Shown here one piece after another: positions 37,930 through 50,499 of a DNA stretch of 51,878 nt; the stretch's first letter is position 1, and every line of letters starts with the position of its first letter. Origin of the DNA: Octopus sinensis (Eukaryota); contig NW_021833990.1 of the NCBI RefSeq assembly GCF_006345805.1, positions 1 through 51,878 of the forward strand, written 5' to 3'. The notes under the pieces were generated by a model. It searched no databases. It saw only the letters and a program-made list of their open reading frames with translations, and was not told the DNA's origin. The position numbers and the translations under genes are program-made.

Positions 37930-39685
37930 TCAGTAGTCTTATTTTTATAGCGTGCTTTCACTTCACTACCGAGCGCAGCTCTGTGTGCCTTGGGTATGTG
38001 CTGTGATTTGTTGTGATGCTCTGATGGTTATTGTATGGAAAGTGTTCTGCGTAGGAGGTGTGCAGTGCCTAGTAGTGCAATTTCTGTATGTTATATGTGT
38101 TTGTAAGTCCTGGTGTTTTTGTTATGTATTTGTCTGAATATTTTCTTATCATGCCTAATGCACCTACTATGATAGGAATTGTTTCTGTTTTCAGATTCCA
38201 CATTCTAGTTACCTCTATTTCCAGGTCTTTGTATTTTGAGAGTTTCTCCATTTCTTTTAGAGACACGTTGTCATCTGCCGTATTGATACATCAATTAGAA
38301 AGCATTGTTTTTCTTCATGATCTCTGACAACTATATCTGGTCTGTTGGCCTTAATTTCTCTATCCGTGTGTATCGGCATATCCCAGAGTATGGTTGCTTT
38401 CACGTTTTCTGTGACCTTTTCTGGTGTGTGCCTATACCATCTTTTTTCTGTTGTTATTCCATAATGTTGGCATAGCTTCCAATGTATGTAGGTTCCAACT
38501 CTGTCATGTCTGTGAATATATTCCTTCTTAGCCAGGACTGGGCAGCCAGAGATAATATGATTTATTGTTTCTTGTCCATCTCCACATATTCTGCAGTTAC
38601 TTGTAATATTTCTTTTCATTACATGTTTTTGGTAATTTCTGGTGGGGAGGCTTTGGTCTTGTGCTGCAATTAAAAATCCCTCTGTTTCTGCTTTGAGTCT
38701 GAGCTTCTCAACCATTGCTGGGATTTTTCTTTGTCTATTTCTTTTGCGCTTAGTTTAGTCCAGTATTTACCATGAAGGGGCTTTTCTTGCCATCGTTTTA
38801 TCATGGTTCGTTGCTGTTCTATTTTTAGTTTGGATTTCATTTGTTTTATAGCTTTTGTTGTTTCTTCATCTTCTTCTTCTTCTTCTTGTTTATTAGGTGG
38901 TATGATTTCTTGTTTGTATTTGTCAGCTTCCTTAAATACTGAGAACAGTTTTTTTGTTTTGCTCGTGTTTTGCCGCTATCTGGATCAGTTTTCCTTCCTT
39001 CTGAAGTAGATATTTTTGCAGTCCTATGGTGGTTATTTTATAGTAGTTTTCCAGCTGTATAAGGCCTCTACCACCTTCTATACGTTGTATATATAGTCTT
39101 TCTATGTCAGATTTTGGGTGATGCATCCTAGATCCTGTCATTATTTTTCTTGTTTTCCTATCTATTTTGGTCAGTTCATTTCGTGTCCAGTTAAGGATAT
39201 TGTAGCTGTAACTATAACTGGGACAGCTAAAGTGTTGATACCTATTATCTTGTTTTTAGCATTGAGCTCTGTGTTTAGTATTGATCTAACTCGTCTATAA
39301 TATTCTTTTTTTATTTTCTCTTTCATTTGTGTGTGTTGTGTCTTATCTAGTTCATGGATTCCTAAGTATTTGTAAGTTTGGCTTTGGTCTAATTCTTTTA
39401 TTTCATTGGTTTTATCTAGTGTGATGTTGTTACTCTTAACTAGTTTTCCGCTTTTCAGGGTTACTTTGGCGCATTTTTCTAATCCAAATTTCATATCTAT
39501 TTTTTTGGTAAATCCATGAACTGTCTTTAATAGTGTTTCCAGCTGTTTGTCATTTGGCCTTTCTTCTTTCTGTGGCTGTCTTCAGTTAGGCTTTATTAAT
39601 CATTAGTTGATCTTTACAGCCATATGAGCCTTTGCGGCATCCTTTCTGCTCTTCTGGGAACAGTTTGTTTTCGTGCAGGTGCTTG
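37930..39685 (-). mobile_element. 5'-truncated, internally deleted R4/Dong-clade element (fourth subfamily)
   Basis: EEQKGCRKGSYGCKDQL joined to LKTVHGF..MKFGLEKC; HHPKSDIERLY; CRICGDGQETINHIISGC; RPDIVVRD..FLIDVS; both ends abut (TTA)n. Confidence 0.92.
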
Positions 39686-39693
39686 TCCAGTGC

Positions 39694-39776
<83 letters not shown>

Positions 39777-39825
39777 ATTATTTTATTATTATTATCATCA
39801 TCATCATCATCATCATCATTATTAT
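39686..39825. repeat. (ATT)n/(ATC)n tract
   Basis: Direct inspection. Confidence 0.97.
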
Positions 39826-39859
39826 ATTATACACTGTAGTTAATAATCCATAAAAGACC

Positions 39860-42070
39860 CTGAAGTACCTTTAATCTTATTAAAGAATATCAAATAACTG
39901 GATTAACGTCTCCGGCATATGCATTAATTCTTTCGATAATTTTATCTAACATGGTTATTGTTAACCTACGATTTGTATTTATTATAGACAACAATTTAGG
40001 TATCATAGACGTCATCAATATCAAAGTAATCCTTGTGAACGCTGATAAGTTCAAGTCTTCTCGACTTATTATATTGTTGCAAGCAAAGAAAAAAGATACG
40101 ATATAGAAACAGTTTTATAATGGATTTACCAATCTCGTATCTCAATGGAAAATGATGTTAACAATTGTCTTGAACAGCTTAGCGTTTATGAATTCCTCTC
40201 CATAGCTTGACTGAACCAAACTTGGACAAACAGTTTTGGTGAGGTGAGTTTTATAGACTGAAACTATTATTGAGTTATACTGCTTTATGATGGCGTTCAC
40301 AATTGCAACGGTATACACAAAAAACATGGCAAACAACCATACGTCACTGACATTATCAGGTTCAGTAAGAATTGTAGCAGCTATCGTAAATATGAAATTG
40401 CATGATGATTGAAAACTTGTAAGAAATTATAGATTGTAACGAGAGTCCATAAAAAATACAATGGAAAGCAATAGACAAGTAAAAAATACAGCAGTAATCT
40501 TGAAAATACGAGAATTATTCGTACAGAGTGAGAAGATATAAACTTTAGAATAATGAAAGGTAAAGTTAAACTCAGATAATTAATTGGATTCCATAATAAA
40601 CGAGGCACAGAAATAATTCGCAGACAGAAAATACAGCAATTAAAATTGTAATGGAAACAAAGAGCCAAAGTGTAATGAATTTCCAGAAAATATTTCTCCA
40701 AATTTTCTTTATACGGTTAATCCAAGTATAAATTATTAAATACCAGAAATTTGGGTTTAGAGCCAGAGAAATATTAGCTTTCATTACTGCATAGAGTAGA
40801 TCATAATCCTGTAGTGTAGAAACATTTAAATTGCCATACTTCTGTAATAATCTCATATTTTGAATGAGAAACGTGAAAGTGGATCCTTGGTGTAATGTAT
40901 TATAAGCGACAGTCTCACTTGCTCGACTGGGAAGAACGAAGAGGATAAAATAGAAACATACGTAACAGATTAACCACACAAAGGGACCACCAAACCAGCC
41001 ATCAGTATTCTCATAACTTTCTGGGATTCCGAATATTAAGGCGCGATGTCCCAATGGTATACCATCCTGGTAAAGAATTTCTATTGTTTCATATAAAAAG
41101 AAGTAATGCATCAAAAGATCCAGGAAAATTATTGAAAGAGAAGATAGAATAAAAAAGAATCTTCTTAATTTTGAGGCCAAGAAAGTGGAATGATGAAAGC
41201 AAAATAACCAAGACAGAAAAGGGGGAAATTGTAAGTATTATGGTTTTCGTTGATCCATTCTAATTGGTATGGCAATGTGTTTGATGGGAAATGAAGGTGA
41301 TTTCGTTAGTGAAAGAACACTAATAATTAAGGGAAAATATGCCCATACAACAGTTCCGACGATATTTGCATATTGAGAAACATACTATTTTCCATGATAT
41401 TTCCAGAAACAATGATTTTGGGTTTTGGGTAATAAACATAGCTTTCATTTTTATAGAGTTTACAGCAATAGTTCTTCACCAACTCTCTATTTATACCGAT
41501 TCTTCTGTTAGCTTTTAATGACTCAGGGCTGTTCTTCTTCATATCCTGAGATAAATTTATTAGAAAACACATGTAACCAGATTCTCCCATTTTTAATGTA
41601 TCGATCACTGAGATTTTCTTCAATTCCTGGAAAATCAAATGTATTAAATCATATCTCTGAATATTTTCTTTCCCACAATTTATATCGATATCAACCCTTG
41701 GAGTAGCAATGTAAGCTCCTAATAAATTCAAAGAGTAAATTTAAAAATCATAATAGAAATTCTTATACGCTATTAAACCATCTGGTTCGTCTGGAATCCA
41801 GGTAAATTGTCTCGCGTTTGCGAAATAATCCAGTCGTACGGGTTTCAGAAGGTCATCAAGTTTTTTGTCGGATAAATGGACATCGAGATTGAAAACCCTT
41901 TTGTCTGATCTTACTAAACTAGATAAAATCTTATGAACATGGGGAAATCTTATTTCACAGTTATTTCCAAGTTCCTTCGCTTCTATGTTTAGTGATATTT
42001 GAACGACAATAAAAGTAATCACAAGGAAAAGTGAACTGCTTGTTGTTATCGTCATCTGCATGGCAGCCAA
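39860..42070 (-). pseudogene. Orphan multi-pass membrane protein, copy 2 (more disrupted)
   Basis: ORFs 41741-42070, 41327-41731, 40572-41180, 40381-40701 and 40142-40336 tile the same protein as copy 1. TCA>TAA at 41741-41743, several frameshifts, start codon altered (AATATTGGCT vs AATATGGCT). Confidence 0.82.
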
Positions 42071-42568
42071 TATTTCGTTTTCTGTAAGAGAAAAACAAGA
42101 TAGATAGAAGTCATAAAATATTGAAGATTCATTTTAGTTTCGTATTTTGTAAATATTTGAAATAAAAAGTATTTACTTAAAATGAATGTAAATCTATTTT
42201 ATCATTTATTTACTAGAAAAACAAATGTTGTGGCCAGCGGAGCAGAGGTCATATTGTATTTTGTGCTTTGCAAGTTCCTATTTAGTTGTAATATTTCGTA
42301 ATTGAACTCGAATGAATTTTTGTGAATTTCTTGGCTGCAAGAAATAGAGATTTTTCATGACTCGAATTTAGGAATGTAAATTATTGTATCAAAATGTGTA
42401 TAACTTGAGATGAATCTTACCCTGATCATATCTGAAATGAACTGCACATGCAGGAATCTAGATAATGTGTGTAATTTAAAAGAAAGTGTTTCTTATTGAG
42501 TAGTAGAACAAGGCAGGCGGATGAACTCATAAATGCTACAAAGGTTTTATAAGCTCCATTTGCTGTCC

Positions 42569-42987
42569 ATTTGCTTGACAGTTGTTTGACCTTAACCAGT
42601 TGACCATGTCCCTTAGTGGCTGACGATATGTGCATCTCTGTTCAAAAGCAAAGTAGTGGGGGAGCATCATAGCCATGTGTTGAGAGGGATTCTTGGGAGT
42701 TGATTAATTCACTCTGGAAACATGCGTGTTTCGTTCAACATCCTTAAACACCCTTATTCAGGGACCTTTTGAAACGGGATGGGCTACTCTACCAGAAGAA
42801 AATTCTTACTGGGTCCCACCTACAAGGTCATGTGCTATTTATCTTAATATGAGATCACCATCTCGCACACATATGGTTGTGATGCATGTGTCTAGTGTAC
42901 CCTTATCAGACGGGTAGTCATGATGGGTATACTGGGCTTCGTATATTTTACCCCAGTTTCACTGATGGCTTTCACTGCTCTTCACTA
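42569..42987 (+). mobile_element. Element B, 5'-truncated diverged copy
   Basis: Reverse complement of most of 34949-35501; followed by AATAATAAC and (CAT)n. Confidence 0.8.
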
Positions 42988-43654
42988 AATAATAACATTT
43001 CATCTTATCATCATCATCATAAATCATCATCACATCATCATCATCATCATCGACATCGCACAATATACATTATCGTGAGGTTGTGTGACTGAAGATATCG
43101 TGTCTACCGGGGGTTTGTACTATTTGTCAAGTCACAACAAGAACCTCAGACAGACAGCATTTTACGCATAGGCATGCAGTTCCAGCTAATGCCGACTTTT
43201 GCAATACAATAGATTGTAGGCTATTCCTAAAGTTTTCAGATATTTTTTTCAGATTGGGCGATATTCAAACCAATGTTCCGATAACAATAAGAATAAACCT
43301 AATATAAAAGAGACATTTATTGAATAAATTATCTGAAGTACTGCTCTTCTCTTTCATATAAGTTCTTTCATTTAAGTAGCCATCTCGTATTTTTCTGGCT
43401 CATATTGGTTAGGAGGGCTAATACATATAATTAACAATTAACAGAGTTACTTGACCAGCACTTCAAATAACTAAGTGCAGTGAACAGAAAACCCCAAAAA
43501 CTATAATTATAGTTCATACACATCCTTGTTTAGATAAAAAATATTAAAAACTTTCTTATTCCTCTTTACACCAGAGAGAGGAGAGAGGTTGCAGTATAAT
43601 TTCAAGGTCTCAATGAGTTTTACTGTGAGCAATACTTGATATTAATCGAGTGTG

Positions 43655-43800
43655 AGGCGTCGAGCTGGCGGAATCGTTTGCACGTCTGGTGAAATGTTTT
43701 GCGGCGTTTCATCTGTCTGTACGTCAGGAGTTCAAATTTGCCTTTCATCATTTCAAGGTCGATCAGTCAAGCACTGTGGTCGTTACAAACGAGTGACAGC
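43655..43800 (+). mobile_element. tRNA-derived SINE family 4 fragment
   Basis: GGCGTCGAGCTGGCGGAATCGTT head, GAGTTCAAATT B-box-like, GCCTTTCATC..TTC.AGGTCGAT core; same family at 51655-51865. Confidence 0.7.
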
Positions 43801-44037
43801 CTCGCCCGAAAAGTTGCTGGCCTTGTGCCAAATTTTGAAACCGATATAATAATTACAATCACTTTTATTACTGCTTCGCTGGTTTAGGATGTTTACCCAG
43901 ACCGAACGTAAACATGCGACGACTTCCCTGTCAATTAAGCTGTAAGTTTTAATTTATGCATAAATTATGGCTGACAACTTTCTATTCTGCCCTCTCTCTC
44001 TCTCTCTCTCTCTCTCCCTGTCCCCTCTCTCCAGAAA

Positions 44038-44095
44038 TCAGTGTTATTAGGGACAGCTAAGATACTTAGGAAAGTTCTCGGCATCTAAGGATATT
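44038..44095 (+). mobile_element. Tiny R4-like ORF C-terminal fragment
   Basis: SVLLGTAKILRKVLGI* matches the ends of the other elements (VLMGTAHILRKILSM). Confidence 0.6.
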
Positions 44096-44363
44096 AGGAT
44101 TTTTTCTTCTTTTCTTCCTCCACGCTGATCTTCTGCAAAATCCAGGTAGATCTCGCGACCGACAATATATCCTTATGATCGGGAGCCGAATAAAACTGAC
44201 CACTAAGCCAAGCGCTTCACACACACACGCGCGCACAAACATATGAACATAAACACATAAACACACAACAAACACACACAAACACACACACACGCACGCA
44301 CAAACACACACATACACAAACATAGTTTCGTAGATATTATAAAATTTTAATATTGTGTGTATA

Positions 44364-44406
<43 letters not shown>

Positions 44407-45450
44407 GTGTTGTGTCTGTCTGTCTGTGTGGTGTATATAATCACACACGCAAGCACAACGCACCACACAACACTCAACAAACAAAAACAAATATATTTTC
44501 GATAATAAGTTTTTTTAGTTTCATGTCAGAACTGCGGCCATGCTGATGCGCCGCCGTTAAAATTATTAATTTTAATAATATTGTTTTGTGTGTGTATATA
44601 TAATATATATTTCTGTTAGGGGTTGTGAAGCCAACAACTAAGGGATAGTGCCTTTTAGTCACCATCTGGTTCCTTACTCTCATTAGTACGCTTATATACC
44701 AAATTTTCCCAGGGTGGGTCACCATCATAGGCTGCTTATGCCATTCCTTCCGCAAATTCGAACCTACTAGCTGGCACTTTACATATGAACTTTCACCTCT
44801 GTAACACGGACGGTTCCTTCAAATCCACCACTTTATTTCTATGTAAACATAATGTGAATTTCTATGCAAACATAATGCGAACTAATGCCTAAATTCGCCC
44901 TTCCTAAAAACTCCTCCCAAGAACGACTATACTCATCTATCCACCATTGGATGGAATAACATGGATCCTGGATTACACCAAGGGAAGTTCGTAGCTTTTT
45001 CCCCTTTCTGTACCTAATTCATTTCAATAAGTTGTCCTCTCTCACAGTCTCATGTTTGCTCCTTGTTTTTCTGCTCTTTTCTATAATGACAAATTACACT
45101 GCACCTATTGTTAATTGTTAATTATATGTATTAGCCCTCCTAACACTTAGACCCTCTGAAGCAGCCTAGAGGCACACTCATCATCCAAAACTTATCTGCC
45201 CATCCTACAGAACCACTGAAGAGATGGAGATGGCATGGAGGATTTCGTTGCCTCTTAGCAGAAACGGCGTAAGGAACTGATCTTTTTCTCTTCCTGTAAT
45301 ATTAATACATGAGTGTGTAACACATGGTTCCTACATGTGTATGTTTCTTCTAATACTTTCTAATGCTTTGGAATAAAGAGACACACTGGAACGTCTACCG
45401 GATGATGATTGCCGTTTGGTATCACTCCATTTTCTTATATGCTATAAATA

Positions 45451-45509
<59 letters not shown>

Positions 45510-45522
45510 TATATATCATACA

Positions 45523-46053
45523 CACAAATTAGTAAATAAATGCACAAATAAGTACGATATTTACTGGAAATAGCGAACGTAAAAAATACGACGCTAATGT
45601 GTAGAGCTTCACCGCGTATGTATTAGCAAAATGCGTGTGTGCAAAAACTAGAGTAAAAAAAACGTCTTACCTCCAGGGGAACATCTGAAAGATGAAACAC
45701 GGAAAAAGGACAATGTGGGACCTGCAGGTTTCAGTTTTTACAAGATATGTCTCACCCATATTTTGTTTTACTTCATCAGCCAAACATATACCAAGACAAA
45801 ATCTACGATGTTACCACATTAAACTATCACACTCGACTGAAATGCGGAACGCTAACAGTACGAGAAACGGGTGAAGAAGTTTCAAAATATCAGTAATGCC
45901 AATACAAAGTATCGCCTTCCAGTTAAAAGTAGCCCGTGAGGGAAAAATACACAAATTAGTAAATAAATGGCACAACTAAGTACCGATATTTACTAGGAAA
46001 TAGCGAACCTAAAAACACGACGCTAATGTGTAGCTTCACCGCGTATGTATTAG
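45523..46053. repeat. ~104-bp direct repeats at 45523-45626 and 45950-46053
   Basis: CACAAATTAGTAAATAAATG...CTTCACCGCGTATGTATTAG twice, with a few indels. Confidence 0.85.
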
Positions 46054-46054
46054 T

Positions 46055-46174
46055 TCTGGGTTCAGTCCTACTACGTGGCACCTTGGGCAAGTGTCTCCCA
46101 CTGTAGCCTCGAATCGACCAAGCCCTGAGAGTGGATTTGGTAGATGGAAACTGAAAGAATCCCCTCGCATATAT

Positions 46175-46226
<52 letters not shown>

Positions 46227-46452
46227 ATATATATGCGTTTGTTGTTTGCGTCAGTGTTTGTCCCCCGTCCCCCTTCGCTTGGCAACCGTTGTTGGTGTAT
46301 TTATGTCCCCGACACTTAGCAGTTCGGCAAAAACATTGGGATAGAATAAGTAGCAGGCGTGCAAAGAATAAGTCTTGTATCGATTTATTCGATTAAGCTG
46401 GTGATCCAGCATTGCCGCAATCAGATCAGTGAAACAAGTAAAAGAGTAAAAG
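46055..46452 (+). mobile_element. SINE family 1 copy, 5'-truncated
   Basis: Starts at the B-box GGGTTCAGTCC; colinear with 305-778. Confidence 0.8.
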
Positions 46453-46596
46453 AACATATATATATATATATGTATATATATGCTACACACACACGCGCGT
46501 GCACAAAAACACACGGAGACACACAAACATATTTTCATAGTTATTAGTTATAATTTGAGTATTGTGTTTATATATCTATATCTATCTATCTATCTA

Positions 46597-46635
<39 letters not shown>

Positions 46636-46704
46636 GACCTCGTGAATACCACCGGCGATTTTTTTTCCTCTGTCCTCCCGTCTCGAGATCTTTCCTTCTC
46701 CTAT

Positions 46705-46739
46705 GTTTCCGACGAAGAGCTCCGCACGAAACGTCAAAC
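46705..46739 (+). ncRNA. Minimal type I hammerhead-like motif (Penelope-type), U4>C variant
   Basis: GTTT-CCGACGA-AGAGCTCCGCAC-GAAA-CGTC-AAAC: stem I GTTT/AAAC, palindromic ACGT stem III, cleavage triplet GTC. Confidence 0.55.
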
Positions 46740-46823
46740 CCTCCTTCTCCCCTTCTTTCCTGAGCGTCCAATAATACTTGCGTTGTTGTCTTTTTGTTTT
46801 CTTGTTTGGATTAACTTTATATA

Positions 46824-46911
<88 letters not shown>

Positions 46912-46992
46912 TTGATAATAATAATATTAGGGAGTAAATCCAAACTACAGGGAAAATTGATTTAGGATTAAATCCAATTTTATAGTATATAG

Positions 46993-47025
<33 letters not shown>

Positions 47026-47121
47026 ATATATGTAGGTATGTATGTATGTATGTATGTATTACGCACACATAGACAGACTGACACACACACACAAACAATC
47101 ACATATATTATTTTAATATTT

Positions 47122-47164
<43 letters not shown>

Positions 47165-47249
47165 CTTATTGCCTACAGGGGCTAAACATAGAGGGGCAAA
47201 CAAGGACAGACAAGTGGATTAAATCGATTACATCGACCCCATATATATT

Positions 47250-47556
47250 GGAGGCGCAATGGCCTAGTGGTTAGGGCAGCGGACTCGCGGTCGCAGGATC
47301 GCGGTTTCGATTCCCAGACCGAGCGTTGTGTGTGTTTATTGAGCGAAAACACCTAAAAAGCTCCACGAGGCTCCAGCAGGGGGTGGTGATCCCTGCTGTA
47401 CTCTTTCACCACTCTTTCTTCCACTCTTTCTTCTGTTGGCCTGCTCGCTTAGCCAGCGGGGTGGCGTCATTCGAAGGCTAAAAACAATGCGAACGCATTG
47501 TGACCAGAGATGTGTAACAACATCTGATGGTCTGGTCGGTCACGTGTGATCACGTG
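47250..47556 (+). mobile_element. tRNA-derived SINE family 2
   Basis: GGAGGCGCAATGGCCTAGTGGTTAGGGCAGCGGACTC..GGTTTCGATTCCC with clear A and B boxes, then a non-tRNA body. Confidence 0.8.
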
Positions 47557-47564
47557 ATATATAT

Positions 47565-47765
47565 ATTATATTAAATTAGAGATAAAACCACTATTAGGCA
47601 AATCATACAGTGAAAATCATAAACCAATACATAGAAATAAAATTAATTAATAAAAATTATATTAAATATAAAATTCAAAATTTAAAATATTTAAATTAAA
47701 GTTAAAATTTAAAAAAATTTTTAATTAATAATTTATACTTATAAATTTTTAAATATATATATATA

Positions 47766-47804
<39 letters not shown>

Positions 47805-49400
47805 TATTATTATTATGATTATTATTTTTTATTTATTTTTCAATTTTTTATATTAAATATAACTATCAAAAAGTATTAAAAGTTCAATATAAGATAAAGA
47901 GTAAAACCACAACGATCGTTTCATGCCCATATACCAATTCGAATAACAACAATTTAAATTCAATTAATAATTCGAATTATGGTTATAGTCAATCTTCAGG
48001 TTAATTATAATATTTAAATAATAATCAGAAATATTTAAACAATATTATTTAAGCAATAAATAAAATAATAATTTTACTTATAAAAAACTCTATTATCAAA
48101 CTAGAAACTTAACGATTATGATTATGTCATACAATCAATTATAATGTTAAATATTAATTTTTAAGTATTAATTTTTAAGGTAAGAAACCCACAAATAATC
48201 TAATATCAGTTATAGTCAATATCTAATTACATAAATATTTACAAAAAAAACTATTCATATTATTAAATATATAATATTTGAATAATATATAAATTATCAA
48301 TGAAAATATATAAATGTATATAAATATCATAATTAATATCTAAAATTATCTCTATCAATAAATATATATGCACGTATAATAAATACCTAATTATTCATTA
48401 TTATTAATAAACATATTAAAAGATTAAAGATGAAATAGCTAATTGTAAAAAACAAACAAACAATCTTAAACGAATGCTATAACTAGTTAACAATCTATAT
48501 ATCACGTTAGCTAACTAATAACTTTCAAAAATCGTATAGTTAAAATATAATAATATAAAATACTTAATGAAATAGTCGATCCGTAGTTATATAGTATCAA
48601 ATAAATACTACAAATATATTTATCAATGGGAAGAATATTACTACCATTATCGATTTAAAAAGACAATATATAAGTTAAACCAACAATTATAAGAAATTAA
48701 AATAACTATCAGCAAATATAGTATTTTAAGACTAAAAATAATGCTATCAATACATGTATATACATGAAACCTAACTTTAAACAACTCGTATAACTGTTAT
48801 CGAACTATATATCTCTATGGCTAAGTAAAGTCTTAATAATAAACGTAAAGTTAATACCTAATAATTATATAGAAAAATTACGATAATTAGATCATTACAT
48901 AAGCATCAATATTTACATAAAAAAACAATATTATACCATAAGACTTATAAAATATTTAAATTTTAAATTTTAAAAATCTTAAATATAAATATATACTTAG
49001 CTTAGCGAGGTTTTGTGATGAACTAAAATTTTAAATCGGAAAACGTCTTTACAGCGTTTATAAGAAAACTCATGGAATTATGTTATTAGCAAAAAAAGAA
49101 TTGTTGAAGAATTCATTAAACGTGATAAACAAATACGCTTTATCAATGAAAATTGTGAATGGGAACAGTTATGGTTTATCAATAAATGTAAATAGAATGA
49201 AGTCACAAATAAAGAATAGAATCACTCTATAATATAAGATTTATTATTAAAATAACTATGATAAATAATACTTAATACTAAATAAATTAAATAATTAAAA
49301 ACCACTAATTATTATGTATACTCTAAAAATTTATTATGATTAATAAATATATCAAAAAATTTAGTAACCCCTCGACGTACTATTAAATTCTTTCCCAAAT
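47565..49400 (+). other. Very AT-rich (about 80% or more) non-tandem segment, probably repeat-derived
   Basis: Head shared with 14480-14550; no ORF of 60 aa or more in the track; A-rich plus strand. Confidence 0.5.
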
Positions 49401-49429
49401 TACTCTTTAATTATAAGCTAAGACTCATG

Positions 49430-49469
<40 letters not shown>

Positions 49470-49504
49470 ATATAGATTTACGGAATGTAGTAGCTCAGTA
49501 GCTG

Positions 49505-49890
49505 TAGGTTGTGGTAAGTAGCTTGCTTCCCAACCACATGTTTCCGAGTTCAGTCCCATATGTTGCACCTTGGGCAAGTGTCTTCCACTATAGCCTCGGG
49601 CTGAACAACGCCTTGTGAGTGGATTTGGTTGAGCGAAACTGTAAGAAGCCTGTCGTTTATGTGTGTGTGTGTTTGCGCGTGGGTGCATGTGTGGGGGGAG
49701 TTATAACCCCACCATCCCTTGACAACCGACGTTGGTGTGCTTATGTCTCCGTGATCTAGCGGTTCTGTAAAAGATATCGAAAGAATAAGTACCAGGCTTA
49801 CAAAGAATAAGTTTTGGAGTTTTCGACTAAAGGCCGTGCTGCAGCATGGTCGCAGTCAATTATCTCAAACATATAAAAGAATAAAAGAAT
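49505..49890 (+). mobile_element. SINE family 1 copy (left arm of the inversion)
   Basis: Colinear with 305-778. Confidence 0.8.
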
Positions 49891-49953
49891 ATATACATGT
49901 ATATATAATATATTATATATATATATATATATATATGCATCCATATGGTGTAT

Positions 49954-49995
<42 letters not shown>

Positions 49996-50206
49996 TGTGA
50001 GTTACTGCAATTAAAACAATGGCTGGTTTTTTGGTGTGACCTGAAATAAAGATAAGATTGTCTTTGTGCATTGTTTGTTGTTACATATATCTATCTATGT
50101 CTATATATAACGGGAAGCTTTATGAAAATAAACAAAAGACGAAGGCAGGTGGAGTACAAACAAACAATTGTATTAGTATGGTGCTCAGGAATATAAATAA
50201 AACAAG

Positions 50207-50244
50207 TCTTTTACGTTTCGAGCCTACGCTCTTCAACAGAGAGA
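50207..50244 (-). ncRNA. Minimal hammerhead-like motif (Penelope-type), A6>U variant
   Basis: Minus TCTCT-CTGTTGA-AGAGCGTAGGCTC-GAAA-CGTA-AAAGA; stem II GAG/CTC, palindromic ACGT. Confidence 0.5.
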
Positions 50245-50305
50245 TACACAGAAAAGAGACACGGAGAGAAACAATATATATACATACACATACATACATA
50301 TATAG

Positions 50306-50366
<61 letters not shown>

Positions 50367-50446
50367 TATGTATGTATGTGTATGTATATATATACGTACA
50401 TAGATAGATATATGTAACAACAAACAATGCACAAAGACAATCTTAT

Positions 50447-50488
<42 letters not shown>

Positions 50489-50499
50489 TGTATATATTC

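Noticed and set aside
47250-47325. tRNA gene
   Set aside because: A and B boxes are present, but the acceptor stem does not close and the sequence continues into a SINE body.
47565-49400. Mitochondrial insertion (NUMT)
   Set aside because: No recognisable mitochondrial gene, rRNA or tRNA; the head is a dispersed nuclear repeat.
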